DNA of 64,000 bases from the human T2T-CHM13v2.0 reference genome, Homo sapiens (GCF_009914755.1 NC_060932.1); one strand, 5' to 3'. Positions 1 to 14,287 are shown, counted from the first letter of the stretch. Made by a program: numbers and translations. The notes: generated by a model from the letters alone, not told the origin.

Positions 1-966
1 TTATTTAGCATTTAAATGGGCATTTCTTTTATCATATTATTTTGATTATTATATAAACAATAATGTATAAGCATAATAATTTATAAACATATTTCTACTT
101 AGCAACAGTATAATAAATAGTATGATAAACTACCCATAGAAATGTTACCTACTTCCAGATCAAAATAGATAATAAAAACATTCCAGGTGATGCAAAGGGC
201 AGTCCGCATTGTACATAAGAAAAAAATAAAATAAAAAGAGAGGAGAAAAATGTGGCGATTAAAGGCATTTATTGGAAACAAGTCAATAATAAAAATGTCA
301 ATAAGTTTAAATCTAGAAAAAAAGAGACAGGGCACCCAGAAAAGTGTGAGCTTTACAATGTCTGATAGGATCTTTAAAATTTCAAAGACCAATAGTTTCT
401 GCCACTTGTAGTACATGCCAATAAAATTCGATTTATTTTTAAAGTGTTTTATTGGCCTGAAGATATAACTTTATTTTAAATGCTGAATTGACTACTGTTT
501 TCTGAGTATTCTCATTTTGTTACAAATAACATTATACAAATTTTCTATCATGCCACCCGTAAAATCAAAATAAATTATGCTAGTAAACTGTCAGGACTAG
601 AGATAGTAAATGACAACACTCCCATACCCCTAATAGTAGGCTAGTTCTAAAAACAGAGATGTGGTCTTAAGTGAGTATAGTGTACTTTCTTGGTTCATCT
701 GATAAAAATAGAAAGTGTGCTTTCTGTGAATCATAATATTAACTGAGGCCAAAAATATTAACTAAAAAAGCTATGACAATTTAATGAATAGAATTAGGAT
801 GAATAAATTAACAGCAGATTTCCATAATGATGGAAACCCTTCTAATCAAACTCAGCAGCTTATGAATCTGTTGACACCACAGATGAAATGGTTTTTATTA
901 ATGGCTCCTTTGTATTAGAAAATGCTATAATTACTAATTTGGTGGGTTTTTTTTAAGGGAATCACC

Positions 967-1185
967 TTTTTATTTAAAATATTTAATTGACAAAAACGAC
1001 TGCATATATTCAAAGCATGCAGTATGATGACTTGATATTTGTATAAATTGTGTAATGATTATGAAAATAAAATTAGTTAATATACCCATCACCTCTCATA
1101 CTGTATATCAGATCCCTAAAACTTATTCATCATTGTATTCTTTGACCCACATCTCCCCATTTCCCTACCCCCAGCCCACCGCAAT
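967..1185 (-). mobile_element. Old L1MA-type LINE-1 3' end fragment
   Basis: tttatttaaaatatttaattgaca...attcaaagcatgcagtatgatg...cccatcacctc resembles antisense L1MA 3'UTR; boundaries approximate. Confidence 0.65.
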
Positions 1186-1849
1186 TGGTTAGCTTTAACT
1201 TCACTGGTTAGCCCCAGATGGAGATCTTAGAGCTCATCTAATCCAGTCACTTTTAGATTTAGATAAATTTTGCCACAGAGAACTTAACTATAGAGAAGCT
1301 TGAATTACTGAGAATGATAACTTCCTTGGGAGAATGTCACCACAATTAAATACACTAGTTGCTATTTACTTTACTATAAAAGTTCATAAATTCTTAATTC
1401 CTTAATATTCATTATATAGGCACACTAGTTATATTATGGCTTTCTATCAGTGATAAGAAATGAGTTTTAAGGGAAATAAAAGTACAAAGATATTATATTG
1501 ATTAAATGTATTTCTTTAAGTAATTTTATAATCTACCCAATGATAGAATTATGCAATGTGGGTGATATTTATGAATGGTTACAGTAATCATAAGTCACTC
1601 AGCAGCTCATGATAGTCACACAATTTCATTTACATTCCCTCTGTTTTGTCATTCATGATTTTTTCTGAAAGTGTAGTCCCATAGTTGATTGCATTTGATG
1701 TCATACTTCTCATTTTGACTTTGAAGTGGAAGTTTTCCTGGTATAACTTATTTTTAAAGGACCATAAAACTGCAAAAATGACCCAGAGCTCCTGACTCTG
1801 GAGATATAGAAAAGTTGGCTAATATAAGTAGAAATTTAAAAATAGGTTG

Positions 1850-2920
1850 AGGAGGCTTCTAGCTTCAGCTCCCACATATAAAGAAATTGGAAATCATCCA
1901 TCCCATTGTTGTAAAAGGAAAAGCTTTACAAACTGAAAATCAATAACTTGTACTGAACCAATCAGAAAATGGAGATTCCAGGACAAACTGCCACCCTTAC
2001 ATTTGGAGGGGCAGGCATATCCTGAGAGATAGAGCTGAAATCTGTTTACCTGGAGCAGAAGCTGCTGGAGCCATAAACTAGTAGGACCTCTAATGTTGAT
2101 TCTGATGAATCGCTGGATGCTGAATGTGAAATAACTTGAGAGAGAGAAGCTGCATAGGTCCACAGTCTTGAGGGCTCCCATGCTTCCGTGGCCTTTTCCT
2201 ACAGGAACCCCATCAGGTTCTTATGTAAGAATCTGAGAAAGATCCCTTTATGGCTCTCTTGAAGGGTGGGGAGTGGGAAGGAGTAACCACTGTGAAATAT
2301 ACCCATAGCCTTCTCCATAGCAAAGCCTTCTATGGAGGAAAGAATTTTGCCAGAGCATTATCTCATCTGGGACAAGAGGATTCCTCTCCACTCCAACCTT
2401 CTCCAGACTTCTAGGGTCTAGTAAGGTGAAAAAACACATCCACCAAAGTTCTGTTCTCCAAGAAAATGGATTGGAAACACTGCAGCCCAGGAAAAGAACT
2501 AGGCAATATAAATGAAGGGATGGGAGGAGCGGGGGTTAATACAACTGGAGAAACACTTGTGAAAGCCTGAGACACAGACTTACTAAAAGACAGATTTAGT
2601 TGGAAGATTGTAAGACACTCACCCTCCCTCATGCCTTGTCACCACACCAATAGCTCTCCAGTGGCAGACTTATCATCTAAAACATGTAAGCAAGAGTCGA
2701 ATAAAACATTTAAGATGTTAAAGAAAAAAACATGAACCTTAATTCTATATCCAGTAAAATTGTCTTTGAAAAATGATGAAGAAAATGTTTCTCAGATTAG
2801 AAAAAAAAAAAAAAAAACTGAAGGAAATTAATGAAAACAGACTTGCCGGGCAAGAAATGTTAAAAATGTTTCTCAGACAGGAGGAAAATATCAGAAACTT
2901 GGTCTACATAAAGAAAGGAG
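1850..2920 (+). mobile_element. Old L1M (L1MC/MD-type) 5'UTR plus ORF1 C-terminal remnant
   Basis: ggcttctagcttcagctcccacatataaaga...aaactgaaaatcaataact resembles old L1M 5' ends; aattctatatccagtaaaattgtcttt is an ORF1-end motif. Confidence 0.6.
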
Positions 2921-3218
2921 GGCCAGGCGTGGTGGCTCACGCCCATAATCCACTTTGGGAGGCCAATGTGGGTGGATCACCTGAGGCCAGGAGTTCGAGA
3001 CAAGCCTGATCAACATGGTGAAACCCTGTCTCTACTAGAAATACAAAAATTAGCTGGGTGTGGTGGCGGGCCCTTGTAATCCCAGCTACTCAGGAGGCTG
3101 AAGCAGGAAAATTGCTTGAACCCAGGAGGTTGAGGTTGCAGCGAGCCAAGATCACGTCACTCCATTTTAGCCTGGGAGACAGAGTGAGACTCCATCTCAA
3201 AAAAAGAAGAAAGAAAAA
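2921..3218 (+). mobile_element. AluS (Sx/Sz-like)
   Basis: ggccaggcgtggtggctcac start, dimeric body with A-rich linker, gagactccatctcaaaaaaa tail. Confidence 0.96.
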
Positions 3219-6200
3219 TCTACACAAAGAGAAAGAATAAGTGATGGTAAAATCATATAGAAAATCTAGAAGAACATAATTTACATACTACTATGCTTGA
3301 TAAAATGATTGGCTTATGATATTTGAATAATAACTTCAGGCTAGCAATAATATATTTAGTACTGCATGAAGAAAAAGTCACATTATTGTCTTGCTATGAG
3401 TAAATACACATGGTTTTAATTGTTTTCCCGAGAATGGCAATTTTGATGAGTACTAACCATGTATTAAAAGCAAAGTTTTCTATTACTTGCTATGGCCTAA
3501 GGGTCCTAATGCAAAATTGGTGGAAAGCAGTTCCTTTGAACCCCATTTTGTTGAGAACTAACGCTTACAGGAAAATTTCTCTTAGAGGAAGTAAAATTCT
3601 TTTCAAATATTAAAGTGAAAATCACAGAGCCATAAGAGTTTTCAGTAAGCTTGTTTTCATTGTATATGCAACACTGTTGAACAATTGAGAATATGCTAAA
3701 GTATGCATTTATATATATCGTGTATGATGATGCAACTGAATTACATCAAATTCAGTGATGATCAACAAGATTATAATCATGTAAAAAAGACCATTTTAAT
3801 TATATATATATAATTTTTATAATCCCATCTGCTGTAGTGGGACTACATGTCATATTTCAGGCATTCCCCCTCCTCATCAGATTTACATTGATGAAATAAT
3901 ATTCCAACAAAATGAACCAATGATTAGCTCTACTGATAGCAGTATGAGCCACAGATTAGAAGTGAAAATGACACTCAAAGTATTTTGCTAGATATGCGCG
4001 GCAGGTGTTTGGCTTGAATAGCTTTAATCTCCTTTGACAAAAAGAAATGCCCTTCATCCAGCAAGCTGAATTTACCTTGGTTAAGATTCTCCTTCAGTAA
4101 GCTGCAGAGAAGAGAACAGAGAAAAATGCCTGAAGACAACCACACCAGAAGCACATTCATTTCATGGGTGCCTCCTAATTATTGACTCGTCACCATCTCC
4201 TGCATCCACAGATTGAAAGATGTGTAGAAATGATAACAAAGCAAAATGATCAGAGTAATGTAAGTGAAAGGGCAGTCTTGCAATTCTCTGTTTCTCTCTG
4301 CTTATGATTGTAATTAGTTCCCAGGAACGCTACACTAAAAATACAGCCATTTGTTTCTCCATCTATGTGTGGCACAAGGGTACAAACACAAGTGCTCTGC
4401 TCAGAGAAAAAGATCCCTGAAGAGCAGCTGCAGGCAACACATTCTGAAAAGAAACAATATTTTAAAGCTATCATGTAGGACAAAATGTTTAAGGTAAAGT
4501 TTTCAAACAGATAATAACACAATAACCTGTTCTGTCAGAAAATGCATGAGTAACATTTCATTTTATGGTGTTAAACAAAAAGTATATAATGAGACAGACT
4601 ACAAATTAATGACGCTTATTAGGAGATCTGTATTCTTTACTGAGGAAGATTATCTATCTATCTATCTATGAATCATCTATCTATCATCCATTTATCTATT
4701 CTATGAATACCCTAATATACATTTTAGGTGGCTTGAAATAAGAACTCCTAAAATAATTAACACATAAAAAGAAACCAAATGATAGAAATTGAAGGAAGCG
4801 AATTATGTCAAGAAGCAGACTAGCCAAAGAAAACCTATAATAATAGCTGCTATAAAATCTATTGAAAGTATATTTGAGTGCTGCACTTTAAGAAACAAAC
4901 TATACACAACAAAAAGGAAACAAACAAAAAACTTCTAAAATCTTTCAGACCACTTATTCATTCAGATTCCCAGCAAAAGTATCTCTATACTTTATAACCT
5001 GTGTGATGACATTATTTTATTACATTGGAATTAAAATATATACCTATAGCTCTCTTAGCTCAGAAGGAGTTTGAAATATATACTGCAAATAGTTCTGTAA
5101 AAATGGTTATAATACAAAGTAGAGTTAATCAGTATGCTTAATTTACTGTCAAAAGGACAGTAAATTTATCAACTGATTACATATCAACAATGAACAAATA
5201 TTGATTTCTTGTTCTATACATTTTCTGACAAGCAAATATTTCTAATAAACATATATTTCAAGCTCTGACACAGTATCATTCAAATAATCTAGAATATAAC
5301 AAGGTCATGGACTGACACAAAATTTAAAAATCTATCTATATCCATCTCTCACTCTCTCTGTATATAAATATAGCCTGTGTATATGTATATATATAGATAG
5401 AAACTGTCTATCTATCTATATCTATCTATCTTGTATTAAATCCTATAATCACCATCTAAGGGAAGATAAACTTCAATACTATTGGGACAAAAGTACCTGA
5501 AATACATATATTCTCCTAACTTTCAAATACATGTATTTCTTGGGTCTTAAATTTTCTTGTGCTGGAAAGGAAAGCAAATAGTTTAAACCGTAGAAAAATA
5601 ATTCTGAAAATAGTAGAAATTTAGATAAGTTTTTTTGTGCCCATAAATGCTAGAAGAATTATGAAACATTCATGCTATTACAGATAAACTCATTTCCCAA
5701 AATCATGAGTATATTTATGCCATGAATAATTTGCAAAATTGCTTTTTCTGAAATTCAAATTCGTAAGACTTAAAAGCTAACAGTAACACCAAGGCTGTTA
5801 TAAGTGTATTGCTACTTGCTCAAGAAAAATATAATTCCCAGATTCTATCATATAAATGGAGGACTATTGATTTAAAACTTCCAGCTGTTTTCTTTTCTTG
5901 AACCTCTGATGTACTATTGAGAATCTATTTGGATCCACAGGAGAGGAGTGAAAGTTTGTGTTTAATATTTGAGGTATGCTGATTCTGGACCCTCATTTCT
6001 GTAGGATATTTATGCAAAATTAACAGATTACAGAACCAGTTCAGAATGAGCTTAATGATTTTCTGGTTTTAGGTTAGATGATAGTTTGGAGGACAAAATG
6101 GATTTTGTCATTTACAGGCTATTACTGAGATACAACTATTTTATCCATGATATTGGCCAATGATTCCATTTATCTCATAAATTGAAAGGCATAGAAAACC

Positions 6201-6289
6201 GGCATTTTAATACACTGATCACGAAAGAATAAACTATAAAGACTTTCCTCAATCTTAAAAATGTGAATCAGGGTTTCTAGATTCATATT

Positions 6290-6651
6290 GAAGTTGATAA
6301 TGTATGTTTGTAACCTTTCCTTCCATGGCCCTCTCCAAAAACTAAAGTAGGAATTGAAAAGCTATACTATGATAACAGTGAAGAGAATGACAGGGGTGCC
6401 TATATGTACATGAGAAATTATGTCAAATAACTTGAAAACAGAGCAGATAGAAGTGGGCTGACAGGTGATTAAACCTGACCAGAGGAACCCTTAAGAGTCA
6501 GAGATTCTAAACAGGAAGGACCACAGAAGCTGGCCATGAAAAACCTGGCTGGAGACAGGAGACTCAGTTAATGCTCTGCCCATAAAAATTCTCTCCACAC
6601 CTCACCTGCATGCAGAATCCCACAGATTTCCTTTTACTACTTCTCCCACTG

Positions 6652-6687
<36 letters not shown>

Positions 6688-7900
6688 GTCACACACACAT
6701 ACACACCACACACACACACACACACACTCTTCTGTGCACAAACAGAATGAACTACATGATAAGAACTATAATGGACAGTATGTCTGGTGTATGAATAGGC
6801 ATCCTGGAGATAAACTTCAGTTGTTCAAATATTTAGCTCCCTCCATAGTAATAACCAGATTCTTGCACACTCAGTCACCTATGTTGCCAGGTATGCCAGA
6901 CAACACAGCCTGCCCGTGTAAGCTGACTTCCCATTCTATTTGGCAACTGCCCTATTGTGGTGATGAACAAACACTCAAGGCTTACCAGTCAATGGAGGAC
7001 AGTCTAGAGCACAGCAGAAGAAAAGAGGGATCTAAGAGCAAGACCAAGTGCACAGAGACACACATAGTTCTGGGGGAAGCAGAGAGGTCATGCAAAGTCA
7101 CTTTTTACAGCGTGTCTGGTATCTTCAGAGAGTGCCACAAAGCTATTTTAGCCTTATTAGAATAAAAGGGTACTGTACAAAATGGAGAGTTGGAGAATGC
7201 AAAAGGACTGTTAGGCACTAGAAATATGCTGAAATAAACAATTCAGATATTTGGAAGTTAATATTATAAAAATCATCCTCAACACAGTAAGGGATCAAAA
7301 TTTTAAGATAATTGATGAGAAACACAAAGCAATAATCAAGTACATTTTCTGCTAATAGAAATCCCCAAAATAAAAGGGAAACATAAGAAGAAATGGCCAA
7401 ATAATTAAAACAGATTTTCTAGGAAAGAAAGGGACACTAACTTTAGATTTAAATGTTTTACTGAGTGAAGAACAGTCTGAATGAAAATGACCCATATGTA
7501 GACACAACCTTATATTATTCCACAATTCCTGTAGTAAGAAGAATGCTCTAAAATTTTCCCAGACGAAAAAGCAAAACAGAAATAAAGGACTAACATTTAG
7601 ACCAACATCAGACTTCTCTTCAGCAAGATTGTCAGAGTGCTTCGACACTGACTCCGCAATGTGGTCAGAGTTCTGAGGGAAAACTATATTCAACGTGAAA
7701 TTCGGTATTTAGATAAACTGCCAATCAAGAGATGAACGCAAAATAAAGATATTCCAGACTAAGGAATCAGAAAAATCACAAGTGTACTTTTATTGGTTAA
7801 TTACCTGATGACATAACAATTAAGGAGTAAGTCAGGAGAAATGAAAATACAAGCTTCACAAAATAGTGGCTCTAACTCAGGAGAGCAGTCAGTATCAGCC
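6290..7900 (+). mobile_element. Highly decayed L1ME-type 5'/ORF1 region
   Basis: ORF1-like A-rich sequence (gacttctcttcagcaag...gttctgagggaaaacta...tagataaactgccaatcaag); boundaries approximate. Confidence 0.5.
6655..6728. repeat. Compound (TCTG/TC)n-(CA)n microsatellite
   Basis: Read directly from sequence. Confidence 0.9.
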
Positions 7901-8018
7901 ACTGGTTAACAGTAATTAAGCCAAGTAGGAAATAACCACTCTAGAGAGAGCAGAAGAAAAGAGGGATCTGAGAGGAATGACACCACAGATTCCATGCAAA
8001 TGAAAGAATAGTGTACCC

Positions 8019-8243
8019 CAGAGGTTTTCAAACCATGGCCCATTGGCCAAATTTGTCTCATCTCTTGTTTTTATAAATCAAGTTTTATTAGAATACAGCC
8101 ACACTCAATCATTTACATATGGTCTATGGCTACTTTTGTAACACAGCAACAGGGTTGAGTAGTAGCAACAGAGAGTGAATGTCTTGCAACGGCTAAAGTT
8201 ATTTGCTATCTGCCTTGATACAGGAAAAGTTTGCCAATTCCTG
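8019..8243 (+). mobile_element. MER58A hAT-Charlie MITE, full length
   Basis: cagaggttttcaaaccatggccc...ggccaaat...aagttttattagaatacagccacactc...gaaaagtttgccaattcctg follows MER58A end to end with decayed TIRs. Confidence 0.88.
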
Positions 8244-9071
8244 ATGTTGGCAGCTGAAGAATTGGAGGGTACAATAAAGTCACAGAGGTCAATAAAAAGA
8301 GGGCAGTTAGACACTCCAGGAAATTTTTTAAAAAGCTGAATGTGTAGCAGTCAGTCAACTTGTCTGAACAGGAGGCAGGACCTTAAAGAAGAACAATGGA
8401 ATGATCCTATTTGATAGGTAGGATGCATAGTAACCAGAAGTTATTAGGCATATAATGAAGAATACATATGTCTCATTTTTTCAAGATAAAAATATGAAAT
8501 TAAATTAATATTATTGAAAAGTAAAAGAGGAAGAAAAGAATAAAGGAAACCAAGGCAAATGTTACTTGAAAGATGTGATTCACGTAAAAAGCATGCTAAC
8601 ATTGTCCTAATTTAGTGTGTATGAATGTATAGTACGTGGACACATGGGTCTTGATGTTGGTACCATGGAGGGGGAATGTGACCTTATTACCTGCTTCTGC
8701 ATTGAGTATATTATGTCATTACAAAATTAATGCCATTATTGGTTTGTAACATTGAGAATCAACCTACAGAAAAAACATTAAAAACTTCATTATAGTGAGG
8801 GAAAAGAATGGAAGTGCCTACACATTCAACAACATAAAAGCCTGTCAAACAAGGGGTATGAGGTGCTGACAGTTCTATGCTGTATCATGCATGTGAGCAC
8901 AAGTGGAAGGCGTTTTTAACTCTTTTCACAATGTCAGGCATTTCCTCATCTAGCACAAAGGAGCAAATGACTTTCCTCATTGAACACCAATGTATTTGCC
9001 TTGATATAAATCAGTAAATTTTTCAAATTCCTCAGAAGATGGACTTACTGTGCCATGTTATGTCCAAGTTA

Positions 9072-9102
9072 AACACACACACACACACACACTTACACAC
9101 AC
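9072..9102. repeat. (CA)n microsatellite
   Basis: Read directly. Confidence 0.85.
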
Positions 9103-11079
9103 TCACTCTTCAAAGTAGTCTTTTTATTAATCTTTGCCGCACCTAAATGCCTAATATAGTACTTTGCATTGTATTTTGTTTATATTGATGAAATTCAATT
9201 TTTACTTAAATAGCTTTTAAAACTCCCCCAAACAGAGTATATTTCTGGATCCTTACCTAGGATGAATTCGTAGAATGAGCTTCGTCCAAATTGAAACAGT
9301 AAGAAAGTTTTTTCTTAAGAATGGAGTAACCTATTCTTGGAAACTAAATTTTCTTGTAAATAAAGTGAGCTGCCTTTTATTCTTATTCTTCCTGCTGACT
9401 AGAAGCAGAAACAATAAAATGATTGCAACCTGAGAATCAATACAAGGCCATTCACAGCTGTGTTGACAGCCAAGAAGCACATGCTTCATTGTGAATAGAC
9501 AGATCTACAGAGGCTGAGGAGTTGAAAGACTGTATGTGAAGGGCGTGTACAACACATGCACTCAGAAAGGTTCTTTCAAGTGTACTGTGCACTGACTTAG
9601 CAATCCACTGGCAGAGTGATAATGAAAACATAGGAAACATGTGATGACTATTTCATCAACTTCTCAATATGTCAGGGAATAAACCCAAGTGTTAAAGAAA
9701 TGCTCCAAGGCGATAGTATGGATAAGAAGTAATTTACCACTTTAATTTTTCCACATCTGTTAATCTCATACGATTCTAATAAAAGTATGAAATATATTGT
9801 TATCCTACTGAGTATATGAGAAAAAATAACAGTCACTAATTGGAGACAGAGCTAAGAATAGAAATTTAATGTCTTGATCCTATTTCATTTCCATCATACC
9901 ACACTGAAATCCTGCAGCAAAAAGCTCTTTATTTAGTAAGATTGAATTCCAAAATAAACGCATTATCAGAGGTAGAAATAACATAGGAAGCAATTAGAAA
10001 TGATAGGGCTTTGCCCCATTTGATCTCTTTACTTCCTCAGCTTAATCCTAATCGCCAAGGTGGGCAAAGCAAAATCTCCCTATCCTTCAGTAGAGTAACA
10101 TGGCACTTTTTAGAAATTTATCTCCTGTGTGACAACCATCAAGTAACAACCTCTCAGCTTTAGTTTATCGGTCAAATATGTATAACAGTAATCCTTGCCT
10201 TGCAGGTAATCATTAGCAATTGAATATCTATAAAACACACAGAGGACAATCAATCTAGATGGCAAAACTCCACACCAACCCACGCAAAATCGATACCCAC
10301 CTTTCTCCTCTCTCAACCCTAAAATTATTTGTCTGAGTTAACATCATCCTTTCCAGATTCCATTGTCATCAATCCAGTATTGTGTAGACCAACAGTTCAC
10401 AAAAACTTACCTGCACCAAAGACATTCTTGTTAAAATGAATCATTGTTTCTTGAAAATTTCATTGATACAGCAGTTTCATGTAAAATTTATAATATAGCA
10501 ACATTAGCATTTGACACAAATAAATGCAGGTCTGACTCCACAAGATATAAATTTCCAAGATCAGGGCGTAAATGAAAGGAAAGATAAGTGTTTCCAGCAC
10601 ACCATGTCTCCTAGTAACACACTTTTTAAAATGTCAATATTATGAGTAAGTCCTTACCCTTTGCCTAGAGAAAATGACTTTCATGCCAGTAATGAAGAGA
10701 ATCACTTGTGCTATGTTGAGTGATTCTTAATGATCAATAACAATACTTAGCACTTATGTAGCAGTTTTCATCTTCAAATCACTTTACTGGCATTGAACAA
10801 ATTCAAGATGCTATCATTTTCTCTCAAGAAAATCCATGGGATGGGAAGTTGTAGTTTACTTTGCCATCCAATATTCCAGGATGTGAATTGCGGAAGCAAG
10901 TATTTTGCACAAATCATGGGGTGCCAGACCTTTTTAGGCATCTAGAGATATGTCAATAGTTAATTGTATTGTTTATAAAAGTAATAGATCTCTACTGTGC
11001 TGTCAAAAATGTGAGAATATGCAGATATATGAAGAAGAAAAATTACATATGGACATATATGTCCTTTAAGTGAGGCATT

Positions 11080-11915
11080 AAAAGAGGAAACAAGAGGCCA
11101 AGTAAGGATCTACTCCAGGAGGAATAGAGGAAAAACTTGTCCTTCTCTGGAAGACAGACAGGGAGGCTCCTTAGATCCAGCTTCCAGTACAGTTTATAAG
11201 GCAGAGATCTGATACCTTTGGGTGGAGGCAGGAAATTCTCAAGACTCATCATAGGGTTTGCCATCCTATGAAAGTAGGAGAAAGGATGCTGAGAAAGCCA
11301 TACCCATAAGGCCCAGGCTCACAGGGCTTAACTGGGTCTGGGACTTAACCATGAGAGCAAAGAATCCCCACCTCCCTCTTACCACTATTCTAGCACCAAC
11401 TGATAAGCAACAGCTGACTGGTTGTAAAGAAGATGCAAAGGCATCTGGAGTGCCCCTTCCGTGTCACAGTCATTCAAGCCACACTGAAAACCAAAACTAA
11501 GAAATACTTTCAAGCATCTCAGGCCCTGCATGAAGCCCAAGGTCACAACAATCCATCATCAGAATGTTAAGTTTTTGACACACTGAAGATAATAATGGCA
11601 ATAAAACACCCCAAACACCCCAAAACACAGCTCAACTTCTAGATTGATTCGGCTCCTCACGCCAGGGACCTGGAAGAAAAGTAGGCATGCCCAATTTCAG
11701 ATATTCACATTATTCAGCTTTCCTACCTCTCTTTTCACATGATGTCTGACCTTCAATAAAAATTATGAAATATTAATATATTAAAAAGGAAAATAACCTG
11801 CTGTCAAGTGATAAACCAATAAAGAGAAACTGACTCAGAAATACACTGAATGCTATAATTGATCAGATAGGGACTTTAAAATAAATATAGTCAGTATGTT
11901 TAAGGACCTAGTAAA
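11080..11915 (+). mobile_element. Old L1ME-type 5'UTR/ORF1 start fragment
   Basis: aaaacacagctcaacttctagattgatt...tgtctgaccttcaataaaaattatg...gggactttaaaataaatatagtcagtatgtttaagg. Confidence 0.55.
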
Positions 11916-12009
11916 TCTAGTGCCAGAGAATTTGTAGAAATGGAAAGGCTGGAAACAAGTTAAGTAAGTTGTTCCAACTACGTGGTTTCATAGCTCTGCA
12001 CTTTCCCTG

Positions 12010-12185
12010 ATATGACACTTACTACAACATGCAGTGTTTACTCGTTAAATTATCTGTCTATGCTGGATGAGAAAAGGAACATTTTCACTTATCTTTGTAT
12101 TCCTGTGTATTTGTATAGTTCCTAATATGAATCTTGGTCCATAGTAACTAATTTGTAAATATTTGCAGGAACATGAGACTGAATA
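12010..12185 (+). mobile_element. L2 3' end fragment
   Basis: ctttgtattcctgtg...catagtaactaatttgtaaatatttg resembles L2 3' terminus. Confidence 0.45.
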
Positions 12186-12746
12186 TAAAAGTGATAAATA
12201 TAATATTACTTCTTTTATATTATATTTTATTAATTTAGTTTAGATGCAAATATGTACTTTATAAAAATTGGGCTTATGGTTATAATAAATTTAACTTCAA
12301 AATATATGTGAGTGCAAAAGACAACTGTTTAAATTTGTCTTTAGTATGATATGCAGTATAAAGAAAAAATTACAAGACACTACAGAATTATGAGATTATA
12401 ACACAAGGTCCTATAATACATATGACTTAATAGCTTAAACTAATTTAAAGTATCACTTCAAAAAATAGTTCCAGGCTTTACAGCATCCAGAAACTATAAT
12501 AATCTTTCTGAAACAATGGCACAATTATCTGTGTATCTGCAGAACCGATTCCAAACACTTGAAACACACAGTCATATGCACAAAAGCTAGAAGGCAGCCA
12601 CATCAAATGCCTAGGCTGACATATTCATACTGCTTTTCCACTAACAAGTTTGTCTTTAAAACTAGAAAAGTGATTCTCAGCTTAAGAGATCAAGGGGAGA
12701 TCTCCCAGTAATTGATATAGGACAGGGATGTATTATTCTCTTGGAC

Positions 12747-12910
12747 CACTGGTTCCAAATAGCTTCACCTCTCTAATTGTGGGTTGTAGCCCAGCACCAT
12801 AGCATTACCAGGGAATATTACCAGAGAAGTGCAGAATGTTGAATTCTACCTCAGACCCAGTTAATGAGAATCTGCATTTAACAGGATGTCAGGTGATTAC
12901 ACACACACAA

Positions 12911-12942
<32 letters not shown>

Positions 12943-12972
12943 GCGTATAATATACAAATTTGAAAACTGCCA
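12747..12972 (+). mobile_element. MER5A-type hAT MITE interrupted by (CA)/(TG)/(TA) microsatellite
   Basis: agcattaccagggaa...tgcagaat...cctcagaccc...agaatctgcatttaacaggatgtcaggtgatt...tttgaaaact. Confidence 0.7.
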
Positions 12973-13509
12973 TCTCAGAAGACCTCTTCATTTCCCTTCC
13001 ATGCCAATTGTACAGCAATCAATAAAGTGACTCCTGACCTACCCCACAGACTGAAGCCAAGCAGAGCTTATGCCCCCACAAGATTCTGCTTGCTGTAATT
13101 GGAGTACCAATTTTACTCTTTTAGATCATCATTGAGCTAGTACTCAGGAACTCTTCAACTAATTTAAAACAGCATCAAACATTAGAGCTTTTCTGGGCAC
13201 TAGGGTCAAGGAATATAGACTTGTGTTTCTCCTTATGACTAGAGTACCACTCCCTGAGTTCTCCTTCTTGGCTGTAGAGAGAGCACCTGCTTGACCAGGA
13301 ATCAGTGACCAGGTAGGGCAAGAAGGCCCTGGACATCCGCTGAAGCCACCCAAAGTTGAAACCTTATTTTTACTAAATGTCAGTGAAATTTGTTTCTTAA
13401 CAAATAATCTTTTAATGAAGTTGGAATTGCTATTTTGCTTTTGGGAAATTCATAAAGTAGAAACACATATGTACAAGTGTTTTTGTATGTGTATGTGTGT
13501 ATACATGTA

Positions 13510-13512
<3 letters not shown>

Positions 13513-13557
<45 letters not shown>
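13513..13557. repeat. Pure (AT)~22 microsatellite
   Basis: Uninterrupted AT dinucleotide run. Confidence 0.95.
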
Positions 13558-13563
<6 letters not shown>

Positions 13564-13582
13564 CACACATTTTATATTGTGA

Positions 13583-13877
13583 TTTTTTTTTTTTGAGACA
13601 GAGTCCCACTCTGTCACCCAGGCTGGAGTACAGTGGCACAATCTTGTTCACTGCAACCTCCGCCTCCCAGGTTCAAGGGATTCTCCTGCCTCAGTTTCCC
13701 AAGTAGCTGGGATTACAGGCACTCACCACTATGCCCAGCTAATCTTTGTATTTTTTTGGTAGAGACCGGGTTTCACCATGTTGGCCAGGCTGGTCTCAAA
13801 CTCCTGACCTCAAGTGATCCACCTACCTTGGCCTCCCAAAGTGCTGGGATTACAGATGTGAGATACTGTGTCCAGTC
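13583..13877 (-). mobile_element. AluS (Sx/Sz-like)
   Basis: polyT-gagacagagtcccactctgtcacccaggctgg...cctcccaaagtgctgggattacag; short possible TSD tgtgat. Confidence 0.96.
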
Positions 13878-14275
13878 TGTGATGGTTAATTTTAATGTGT
13901 CAGCTTGACTGGGCCATGGGATGCCAAGACAGCTGGTTAAATGTTAATTCCAGGTTTGCCTGTGAGATTTCCTGAAGACATGAGCATTTGAATTAGTGGA
14001 CTGAGTATAGCAGATGGCCCCCTGAGTGCGGTTGAGCATCCTCCAATCCCTTGAGGGCCTGAATAGAACACAAAGGTAGAGGAATTTTGGATCCACACTC
14101 CCTCCACCTAAATGATTGGGCTAACACATCATCAGTCTTCTCCTGCCACTGGCACTCTGGCTCTCAAGCCTTCAAACCACACCACTGGCTTTCCTGGGTC
14201 TCCTGCTTGCAGGTGGCAATTCATGGGGCTTCTCAACTTTCATAATAGTGTGAGCCAATATCTTGTAATAAATAT
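13878..14275 (+). mobile_element. MLT2 (ERVL) LTR
   Basis: tgtgatggttaattttaatgtgtcagcttgactgggccatggg...gagggcctgaatagaaca...tgtgagccaat is characteristic of MLT2. Confidence 0.85.
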
Positions 14276-14287
14276 ATTACACTATAC

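Noticed and set aside
6734-7165. 143-aa ORF
   Set aside because: Non-ATG start, lies in decayed L1ME-type sequence, no recognisable domain
13380-13908. Several overlapping ORFs
   Set aside because: Translations of (AT)n and an antisense Alu
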